64,000 bases of DNA from Blepharisma stoltei ATCC 30299. Its lineage: Eukaryota; Protista; Ciliophora. The DNA is taken from positions 310,001-374,000 of the forward strand of contig CBFDEM010000028.1 of the NCBI GenBank assembly GCA_965603825.1. The letters are read 5' to 3'. Both the position numbers and the translations under genes were made by a program. Below, piece after piece: positions 39,307-49,400 of the stretch. The notes below the pieces were generated by a model, which saw only the letters and a list, made by a program, of their open reading frames with translations, was not told the DNA's origin and searched no databases. Positions within the stretch are counted from its first letter, which is position 1; every line of letters starts with the position of its first letter.

Positions 39307-39846
39307 CTATATAATAATTGAATTTGAAGTCATTCTTGACCATGATGGCTTCTGCACCATGCTATAAATTGAATAAATCAAAGTTATGTGTTTAAATACC
39401 ATCACTGAAGCACCTAAAGCGCCATCTGAATACGTTTCATCTCAAGACCTTTCACAAATCTCAACCTTTGTAAACGAAAAGCAGTATAAAAATCTTACAA
39501 CTAGCAAATAAATTGTAAAAATACTAAACAACGTTTCCATCAAAATAAAATAAAAATACTCTTCTATGTTGTCTATGGAAATACACATACCAAGTAGAAT
39601 GCAATGATGTGACCTTTGCTTGTAGCAAGTTTGGCAGATATCACAGTGCCATGAATACCTGCACATTTCATTCCTGCAGAATAAAACTCTTGCTTCTCTA
39701 AATCTACATAAAATAATAGTCCCTAGCAATAAATAAGACATCAAATTATATAGAAAATCCAGCTCGTTTCCATCTGATTGCTGTCTCCTGAAATAACTAG
39801 TAACTCACCAAGTAAGACACTCAAAGGTTAAAAATAAAATATTCAT
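39307..39846 (-). CDS. short DHHC palmitoyltransferase-like protein (SHHC variant)
   Basis: 'HCDICQTCYKQRSHHCILLGMCISIDN..YFYFI'; ATG 39846 in frame via TGA(Trp); TGA 39442; 3' end uncertain. Confidence 0.6.
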
Positions 39847-39865
39847 TTACTAATTACAATAAAAT

Positions 39866-40738
39866 TTACATTGAAAATATTAGCCTGTTGATCAGCATCG
39901 ACTTGAACTCTCCAAACGAAATTTTCATATTTTTCGAGTTTTTTGTTTCATGGCAATTTTTTATCATTAAGTTCGCAAGCATTTCTAAATGATATTTAGC
40001 TGTTCTGTCAGCCATATCAAGGACCTGTACTAGCTGATCTCTACTGAGCTCTTCTCCATATTCATGCTGAGCGAGAGAGAAAAAAACTAAATAAAAGATA
40101 CATAATTGTTTTTGAGCTTTATAGGTTTTTCTATATTTTTTTCCAATAAACTTATAAGTGAAAATATTTCAGTTAGAAGTTTCATGCAAATTTTCAATTG
40201 CTCTTATAAATAATTCTCCATTTATTCATGTAGAACTACCCAAAGGAGCACTTAAAATATGCCAAAAAAGTTGATCACAAACATTGCAATCGAGCCAAAA
40301 TTGTCGAATCACTACTATATGGATTTCAGGATTATTTGGATAATTTCTGACCCAATTCTTGCTTTTATACTTTTCTACGAGTGAGAAGAAGATATTATCC
40401 ATAGTTCAATACTGATCAAATGTATAAGAATATCGTAACTTAGGCAAAAAGTCATAATTATTGCTTCCATTAGGACTGTTCTTAGTTTTTGATCTAGATT
40501 CTACAGTGTCGCACGAGCTTCCGAGATCTGAATTATTATCTTTTATACAAATCAGATCTTTTAAGTTCGAATAACTAGAAGATCGGCGATGATTTGGCCG
40601 TCTCCTCTTATTTGAAATATTGGACTGAAACGCTATTGTAGATTTTAAGCTCTCATACTTGGTAACTAGAAAAAGTAGCTTGGTTATTATGAGAGAGTCA
40701 ACAAAAGGGGAAGTTGAAACCATATAAACTTCAGTCAT
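39866..40738 (-). CDS. hypothetical protein, C-terminus weakly EF-hand/calcineurin-B-like
   Basis: ATG 40738; frame stays open through TGA 40406 and two further TGAs; probable intron 40087-40101; ends 'ISFGEFKSMLINRLIFSM' TAA. Confidence 0.65.
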
Positions 40739-41055
40739 AATATACGTTTTATTTAATATTTTATTATATAAAAGATAACTTAATAAACAAAAGTTTGGTT
40801 TGTAATAAAATTTCAACGCAGTAAATATCAAGCAGAAATTTCTATTTGTGTATGATTTGAACTTTACAATTTTTATCAGTATCTTTATTTTAAATAATTT
40901 TTTGAAAATGGTAAATAAGTTGAAACTCCCGCTATCTTTATATTATTATACAAAAATAATATATTAATTATTTTGCACCTTATTTATTTGCAGAATATTT
41001 TATTTATATATTTGGCTCTAAGTCGTAATGTTTAGCATAAGTTACAACTAATTTA

Positions 41056-41874
41056 CTATTTATAATTTCTGATTATCCGGATCTGCTTTTTATTATCTTT
41101 TTTTATAGTATCTTCGTATGAATAAATCCCTAAGCTGTTACGTGTAATTACAGGATCTTTTTGATATTTACTTCTATATCCCAAATTAGTAGGAGACATT
41201 CTTCCATGAAGACTAGTTCCTCGTGCCTCATTTTTTCTTCGTTTTTCTACAAGTTTATCGAGCTTATTTACCAAGCTCAGCCCAATATTTACCTTAGGCG
41301 AGCTTACCATAAATAAAGTATTTTTTTTCTTTTGTTTTCGTTGTGGGATCAAGCCATTTCAGCGAGTGTCCAAAAGCTTAAAGCTTCCATTTGAAGAAGA
41401 TTTTGTTTGACAATTAAAAATTTTCGCCAAGCTTGGGTTTATTGACGGGCTTGGAGTTTTAGATTTTTCAAAATTAAAAGCAGGTCTATTCCTGCAAGGC
41501 GGAGTTTTACATCGGTAAATTAATAAAGCATTTTTTTGGCTTCTAGGAGAATATTTAGTTTGTGTGAATTTTAAAGATTTGTTTTCTTTTAGCTTGATCC
41601 CGTTGAAATGGTGGCTGCTTCCACTAGAAAGACCTTTTTTCTGAAATCTAGGTGTTAATTCGGCGTCATTAATACCATCTGTACATTGGATTGCAATTGT
41701 ATTAAATGACATATAAGAATCGTTGGCTTGAGGAATCTCAGCGGGTATGAAAGCAGATTCAGATAAATTAGAATAAGAATTAAAGTGGGCTTTACTTGAA
41801 GAATAACGCTTGCTGAGACTTATAGGGTCAATATTGTGTGCCTTTGGAAGGTCAATCACACAGTTTTTCTTCAT
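41056..41874 (-). CDS. hypothetical basic protein
   Basis: Two in-frame ORFs joined by TGA(Trp) 41359. Confidence 0.65.
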
Positions 41875-41944
41875 TTTTCCATAAGTGGAAGATTATATAA
41901 TAAAAATTCATGCACTAGACTAACAAATTAATTTATGAAAATTG

Positions 41945-42919
41945 TTAATTTTTACTTTCCATGAGCCTCTGTAAATCTTCATCCCACATGGCTGCTTTAA
42001 CAATTTCACTTATTATTTCATCACAATCTCCGTCAAAAAATACGTCTCTTTTAGATTCTGATTCAAATTTGAATCCATTCTGTATAAACGAATTTAGTCC
42101 TCCTTTATTTATAACAATTCTTGGGGTATCATAACTTACCATTTCTGCAAGTGAAGCAAAAGGAAAAACCGTTAAACCTGTTCCGATAACCAAAAGCAAA
42201 TCAGCAAAGACAATTAACTCTGCCTTAGAGTGGTAGTTAGTTGGCAGATTTTCCCCAAAAAATACGACATCAGGTTTAACGACACCACCGCAATCGCAAA
42301 ATGCTGGCTTTTTTTCGAGCATATGCTCACGTAGCCTTGCTATTGGGTATTCTTTTTTGCATGATGTGCAGTGAGCATTGTTAACGTTTCCATGGGCTTG
42401 AACAAGCTTATTTGTGGAGAGTCCAACTTTAATTTCTAATCCGTCAATATTCTGAGTATAATACATAAATAAGAGTCCTTTCTGTTCAAGTAATTTTATG
42501 AAATAGTGGGTAAGAGTTGGCTTTTTATTAACTGTTACCAGTTTAGGGCCGATTCTGTAAAAAGGTTCTGGGTTAGTCTTGAAAAAGTTTATGTCAAAGA
42601 CTGCTTCAGGGCATGGCAATGGCAAGCCTTCTTCTTGGATTTGGGCATAAAGACCAGTTACAGGGGTCCTAAAGTCTGGTATTCCGGCATTTACAGATAT
42701 CCCAGCACCTGTCATAACTGCAATTCTCTTATAAATTTTCGAGGAAATTTTTGTGCCAATTTCTTTAATATTTCCTTTTTCAAAGTAAATCGCATCATCT
42801 TGTGGATTTTCGATAATTGGCCGACTTGAAGTTTGGGGATCTAACGGACTTCTTTCGGAAAATGCCCTATTGGTTAGTGCTGAATTGCAGCTAAAAAAGG
42901 GCTTGATTCGTGAGAACAT
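41945..42919 (-). CDS. class I sirtuin (SIRT2/SIRT3/Hst2-like NAD-dependent deacylase), probable mitochondrial presequence
   Basis: 'GAGISVNAGIPDFR', 'YTQNIDGLE', 'AHG', CxxC..CDC, 'KPDVVFFGE'. Confidence 0.95.
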   Translation of the reverse strand: MFSRIKPFFSCNSALTNRAFSERSPLDPQTSSRPIIENPQDDAIYFEKGNIKEIGTKISSKIYKRIAVMTGAGISVNAGIPDFRTPVTGLYAQIQEEGLPLPCPEAVFDINFFKTNPEPFYRIGPKLVTVNKKPTLTHYFIKLLEQKGLLFMYYTQNIDGLEIKVGLSTNKLVQAHGNVNNAHCTSCKKEYPIARLREHMLEKKPAFCDCGGVVKPDVVFFGENLPTNYHSKAELIVFADLLLVIGTGLTVFPFASLAEMVSYDTPRIVINKGGLNSFIQNGFKFESESKRDVFFDGDCDEIISEIVKAAMWDEDLQRLMESKN

Positions 42920-43481
42920 ATTATAAGCTTAATTAAAAATTGCCTTAAAACAAAATTATCCATACATAAGTGGGAAGATTTATTTATTAGAAGTAACGGA
43001 TATAATAATTTTCAGCTATTTATTGCTAGAAAAATGTCTAATTCTTTATCTACTAAAATAGATATTTACATAGAAATGTTTCAATTATTAAGCAAATATT
43101 ATTTAATTAGACAATTTATACTCATTTTATAATATAAAGATTCGGATATAGAAAATCTTAATATTTTAATTTCATAATTTTTTAAAGTTTTAATAGCTAG
43201 ATTTAGTTTAAATTTAAAGAATTTAATTTGCACGTTGTTATCCAATATTTAAAACTTACTTAATATTATGTTTAAAATAATAAAACAGCAGTGAAATAGT
43301 AACTTAAGCTCTGTCTTGATAACTTTATTAATATTTCAGACTTGCTTAAAAGCATATTGGGCAAGATATATATTTTAATATTTATTATTTTTAATAATTT
43401 TATAGTAAATCTATATGCAAAGCTATTATTAGATGCTTTGCTAATGCATTATATTTTTAGAAGCAATTAAGCTTGGTTATT

Positions 43482-43985
43482 TTAAAGTTTACTTGTCATC
43501 ACTGGCTTATTTTTTAAAACATTCCAAGCAATCGGCCCTATTTTAGTTCCTGCCGTTTCATTGGGATTTATTGGAGTATATGAAACTTGGACGCTTCCAA
43601 AAGCAAAGCTCACGCTTTCTCCAGGGCGGTCTGAAGTTCCGCCTGCACCTGACCATTGAATACCTGCAACAATCACTTGCTTGAACTCATAAACAACAAT
43701 AGGGATTTTATTTCCACTCTGAGTGCATACTTCGACCTTCATACTCTTTAATTCTTTTCCCTGAGTGCATGCACCAAAAAGGTTAACACTAGCTACATCG
43801 GTTTCTTTAGTTACCATAAAATTCGACAATGTTGGCTGGCCTGAGATAGGACTATCACCAGAGCCAACACTTGCAGGATTGCTAGCTCCAAAGCTAAAAG
43901 ATGATAGTTTTATCCAATCTCTATGATTATCATCAGTACTTTCACCTTTAATAGTATCAAGTAAAAGGAAAATATCAAAAGCCAT
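43482..43985 (-). CDS. hcp: Hcp1-family (type VI secretion tube protein) homolog with C-terminal PTS1 (SKL)
   Basis: 167 aa from ATG 43985: MAFDIFLLLDTIKGESTDDNHRDWIKLSSFSFG...TKETDVASVNLFGACTQGKEL...ESVSFAFGSVQVSY...WNVLKNK-PVMTSKL*; co-linear with bacterial Hcp1. Confidence 0.92.
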   Translation of the reverse strand: MAFDIFLLLDTIKGESTDDNHRDWIKLSSFSFGASNPASVGSGDSPISGQPTLSNFMVTKETDVASVNLFGACTQGKELKSMKVEVCTQSGNKIPIVVYEFKQVIVAGIQWSGAGGTSDRPGESVSFAFGSVQVSYTPINPNETAGTKIGPIAWNVLKNKPVMTSKL

Positions 43986-44019
43986 ATTAAATTTACTAGC
44001 CAACTTGTTAATCAATAAT

Positions 44020-45468
44020 TTATCTAATTATAGCTTCATCTTTCCAGGTTTGCAAAAAATCGTGCTTCATCACAGCAAAAATATCTGGACGGACGATTGG
44101 GTCTGGCTCAGTCAGCATTAAAATGATTTTTGAAATATTTCGATTTTCTGACTCAAATCTCTCAGGCAGAATATGATGGGCATTAAGCTGATTAAAGTAA
44201 AATTCCTTTTCTAATGGTGACCCTTCAAAAAACAGTTCAAATAATATAAGTCCCAATGCATAAATATCCATCTTTTGGCTACATTCTTGAGTAAGCAGCT
44301 CAGGAGCTCGGTAATGAATGCTAATTACATCAATTGACCTATTTCTTGGCAAGACGCCGTTTTTATGCTTTGAGCTATCTCCTTGCTCGCTTTCAGGCTT
44401 CGCTATTATTGCAAGACCAAAATCAGCGATTTTCACGCTCAAATTTTTGCTGTCTTTATTAAGAAAAATATTGGTGGGCCTGTATAAAGTTTACTTTAAA
44501 TCCCTATGGATGAAGTTATTACTGTGAATACATTGTACACCTTTAAGCAATTGCTTAAAAATTCTGAAGTTTATCGAGCTATCGATTTTTCTCTTTGAAT
44601 TTTGAAGCCAGTCTTGAAGAGAAATTCCGATACTAAGCTCTGTTTGTATGACTAAATAAAATGTAAAATATGGTTCTTCTGGGACATTTAAGTCACAAAA
44701 TTTGTGGGAATGCTCCTGCTTGGCCGGGTTTAAATGTGGATGGTCTAGCTCAATTCAAGAAGAATAATAGCGTAAAAGGAATTTCGATAGAAGTTTAGAC
44801 ATGCTAAAAACCTCTCGAAACATTTTTTGTTCACGAATGTTCTCTTTGATACCGACATGAAGTTTTATCACTTTTATTGCATAAAATTGGCCATCTAGTA
44901 AATGTTTGGCTTTAAATACTACGCTATTTCTGCCTTTGCCGATTTTATTGATAATTTCGAAATTTTGGTTGCATTTTCCATTTTCAAAATATTTATAAAA
45001 TTTTTCAATGCTATCTCCAATTGATTTTTCGTCGATCTTATCTTGATACATTTTAGGGCACTTAAGTGTAATTTTGATATTATTAAATGAATCTTTTACT
45101 TCTGGAATTTTAATTTGAATATCTTCTTTTTCTTTGTCTTTTAAAGTTTTTATTTTACAGCTCAAATACTCGTCAAATATACATGACTGACATTTTTTCA
45201 GTTCTTTGCTATTCCAGTCTTCACTTTCATCTTGTGAGAATATATTTTCACTTGATTGAGAAGAAGTTATTGTTCTAGCTTCGTCTTCTGATATGATTAA
45301 TTTAGGTTTTTTTCGTTTACTAGACTTTCCCATAAGGTAGCCAATCCCAACAAAAAGCAATAAAATCATCAGCATTTCAACTCCGCTTATCAATTGTAAT
45401 TTACAGGTCAATAAAGAATAAAGACTTGAATGGCATGAGCTGGCTTCTAAATCCCATTTGTCTTCCAT
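44020..45468 (-). CDS. membrane-anchored eIF2-alpha kinase-like protein (PERK/HRI/GCN2 family)
   Basis: N-terminal TM helix; 'AKHLLDGQFYAIK', 'RYYSS-W(TGA 44755)-IE', 'LVIQTEL', HRDLKPTNIF after splicing 44480-44494, 'KIADFGLA', 'DIYALGLILFEL'. Confidence 0.88.
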
Positions 45469-45620
45469 TTTATTATCATCACAACGTTACGTTGTTGATC
45501 AGATTTCTTCGCTGAACCAGCCATAATTTTTTATTTATCCAAATCATCTAATAAAAATATTATAAAGCACTTCATTTCAAGACTCCGGCTTTTAAGTTAT
45601 TTAAATTAGCCAATATTAAA

Positions 45621-46406
45621 ATGGAAGAGAAAAAACAAGTGGAGTATTTTGACTTCACACAAGAAATGCAAGAAGAAGCCGAAAAGATCATAGAAGAAGA
45701 CAATGGATCGCTCTCGAATTTCATATACACAAAATTTGATAATCAAGCCAATAAGATGTGAGATGTGTTTTACAAGAACAATACAGCTAATTTTTTTAAG
45801 GATAGGCACTATCTTTTAAATGAGTTCCCTGAGCTGAATGGAGAAATCTTACTATTAGAAGTTGGATGTGGGGTAGGAAATGCTATTTATCCATTATTAG
45901 AAGATAATCAAGCTTTGAGAGCTCAGGTATGCGATTTCTCAAGAGAAGCAATAAACTTATTGAGGCAAAATCCTTCATTTAACAGTGAAAGACTCCAAGC
46001 AGACGTTTGTGACATCACAAAGCAACCAGTCCCATTTACTGAGCCTTCAGATGCTCTACTAATTTTATTCGTTCTCAGTGCAATATCTCCCGAGAAACAT
46101 AGGCTAGCTATTGCAAATGCTACTTCAAACCTCAAACCTGGCGGCTTAGTCATGTTTCGAGACTATGGAAGATATGATTTAGCCCAGCTTAGGCTTGCAG
46201 GTAAAAGAAACAAAAAACTAAAAGAAAATTTTTATTTAAAGCAAGACGGGACGAGATGCTATTATTTTACCACCCAAGAAATTGAAACTTTATTTGAAGG
46301 CTTCAGAGTGTTAGAAAACGAATACCATTACAGAGTCGTAAAAAATCGCAAAGAGGATATCAAAATGAATAGGGTTTGGATTCAGGCTAAATTAATTAAA
46401 CTATAA
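45621..46406 (+). CDS. METTL6: tRNA m3C methyltransferase (METTL2/6, Trm140-like)
   Basis: 'ANKM-W(TGA 45759)-DVFYK..FFKDRHYL', 'LEVGCGVGN', 'FRDYGRYDLAQLR', 'MNRVWIQ'. Confidence 0.93.
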
Positions 46407-46431
46407 ATATCCCACCATATTAAGTAATAAG

Positions 46432-49400
46432 ATGGACTTGGAAACTCTCGTAGAAACCCTTGACAAAGAATTGAAAAACGAAGACCAGCGATTCCCATTA
46501 AACCAGAGCAGAAAATCTGATTTTTTATTTTCAATTTCTTCAGCTTTAAAATCTGCTGATAAATCAAAAATTGTGCCTCATCAGCCAAAGCTAGAAGCGA
46601 TTTTTTTTGCAAATTTCGTCTCAAGGCTGCTCAGGACCTCTATGCAGATTGTTAAAAAAATGCTTGAAATTGCTTTTAGAGAGAGGGAACACTAATAGAG
46701 CGGGAGATAATCTTTTTGAGTATTTGAAACAAGCTGCCTCGATGAGGTATAGTACAGCTGCAAGATGGGCTGCCCTTAGCATTGTAGGGAATCTTTATAT
46801 TGAATTTGGGCAAAAAATCCCGTCGCCTCCTACAGATGATTTTATTGAACTTTCCAAAAGAATTTATAAAGGAAATGATAACCAGCTAAAAATAGCGAAT
46901 TTGAAAACCCTTATTGATATCACAAAAGCAAGGCCAGGTAATTTATCAGGATCTACAATGCAGGAATGCATAAAAGTCCTGATTAGATATGGAAATGAAA
47001 AATTTAAAGAAATAAAAATCAGAAGTGCAAAAGCATTGAGAAATATAGTAAGTAAATCTCCAAATTCTGTATTAACTATATATGAGCATTTGGCTCAGAC
47101 GTGTATAAAAGGTATGGAAGAAAACACTGATAGTGTTTTTTATAGTTTACTAGGTGAATTGTTTGCTTTACAAATTGATCCAAAATTTGACTGAAAAACT
47201 TGTTCCCCAAGCCGCAGAAATATGGAAACTTATCCAAAATCTATAATGGATGCAATATTTTACGTAACTCAATATTATTCAAAAAATAGTCAACATGAGG
47301 TAAAAGTTGGATTGATTAAAGCACTGGATATTGCCTTAAAAAAATTCCTTAAAGATTCTCTTCACAGTACCAGCGATATAAATACATTCTTAGAAAACAT
47401 TATTGGAATCCCAAGGCTTAGTATCGGAAATGACTATGATAATTGAAGAATCGGTGAAAATTTGACATGGCTACTTTATAAATGCATTGCGTTTTATTTA
47501 TCAGTTCGTCAAGTGACTGCTGCTTTATCATATATCCTCAATAAATTGACAGAACTAAAATCCCAGGTCCATGATTCAGGAGTAATTGAAATGGAGACAT
47601 CATCAAAACGATTTACTGACCCTTTAATAGAAATCCAAGTAACAGTTTTATTGTCAACTTTATCATTAATTTTTTCACGTGTAATCCCAGAGCGTGATTT
47701 GCCACCACATGGTGAAAATCTATACAAGCCAATATTGTGCTATCTCTCATGTGCTAGGCTTTCTAAGACAGCTAGTCGAGTTTTGGGATCTTTGACTTAT
47801 AAGTACCCATCAATCCATTTCCAGCTATTGCACTTATTGCTAACTTACACCACAATTGCACATGCTGAGCTTGCAGGTTTAAAGCCAGAGCAATGCACCA
47901 AAGAGTCTTTCCAAGACTGCATGAATTCTTTGTTAGGGAACTCTTTAGCTTTGGCAACCATTATAAAATGCTCACCAGCTGTGAACCGAGGAATTCCTAA
48001 TGAAATTTCATCAACTGTATTGAATACAGTGAAAGCTATGATTTCTGGCGAATATCAAGGAGAAGTTGTTGATGATGAAAATGTGTTTAAAGATGAAGGT
48101 CTTGCACATGAAATTAATAATGTTAAAAGAGAAGCAGGTTGGATACTAGTAGAAGCACTCATGCACCTTGGACCAAGTTGGGTCGGTGGGTGCTTGACTT
48201 CGATATTTTCACTATGAAAATTACCGTTTGGGAGACAATCCTGTATTATCGAAGAAAATATCCCAGTTCATAAACTTGTAAGCGAAGTTATCCATAAAAG
48301 AGCAGCCAGTAGCAGCTTGCTGGCTTTCATAAAAAATAATACCTCACTTCTAAATCCACAAATTTTTAAACTGATTTCAGTGTTTCTGGCAAATGCTCTG
48401 CAGTTTGTATGCCCTCAGAAAAAATCAACAGTAAGAAAACAGCTCTTAGACCAGCATTGCCAGCAAGGAGATTTAATTTTACTGAAAAAGAACTTATTTG
48501 AGTGTTTAAAGTATGTATCAACACAATATCTAGCAAATAAAATTCCTTTATTATTACATCCTATATGCTCAGAAATAGTCAGTGATAAAATCAATTCATT
48601 TCCTTCAATACATGAAGAATGGCTAAGCCCTGAAGACCATTACTTAAATCTTAAGAAATCTCCTCATCCTTTATTTGAATTAAGTCAGAACTGCTATCAA
48701 GAATACTTATCTGATAATTTGTTATGAAAGCCTTATCAAGATAAAAATCAAGAAAATATCCCAAAAGGAGCCCATCATCAAGATATGATAAACACAGCGC
48801 TCATTGTGTTTTCAGAGATTTTCACATCCCCAAATTTCAATGTTTCGAATCGACAAAAGCTATTTAAATATCTTTCTCAGCACCTATCAAATTCATTAAA
48901 GCTCAAAGAAAATTCAGTTCATAAGTATTTGAAAATGACAACTATTTTATTAGCGACTTTAGGAGCACTAAGGAAATTAGCATTAGCAAGAGCCGTTATC
49001 ACTGACTCAGAATTGATAACAAGCATAAGAGCCATGTTTGACTCTGTAGAATCCATATCTCACCAGCTTGTAAAGCGAATTTATGCTGAAGGGATGATTT
49101 ATCTATGCAAAGTTATGGCAGATCCCCAACAAATCCCAGTTTTCATCAAAGAAGTCGAGCATAGAATTATCCTATCAGAGCATAACCCAGGGGTAAAAAG
49201 CGCAATAGTTTTATTAGTAGCTGGGATGTATAAGCATTTTGACATAGCCTTAATGGAAAAAAATCAGTTATCGCTTGGCCATATAATTCAAAGCATTTCA
49301 AGAGATGCAGAAGTTGGAGGATGGGCAATTCATGCACTTTATAAAATATATAATTTATGTGGACATCGAGTAGAAGCTATCATCAAGGCAACTTTTCCTC

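Noticed and set aside
43482-44015. A bacterial T6SS locus or contaminant contig; also the TTG start at 44015
   Set aside because: No other T6SS or bacterial operon genes are present, and the flanking genes are eukaryotic (one with a 15-nt intron and TGA-Trp). ATG 43985 matches the bacterial Hcp N-terminus.
43482-45468. Kinase-Hcp fusion protein
   Set aside because: The kinase ends in TAA, Hcp is in a different frame, and the 34-nt spacer has no consensus intron.
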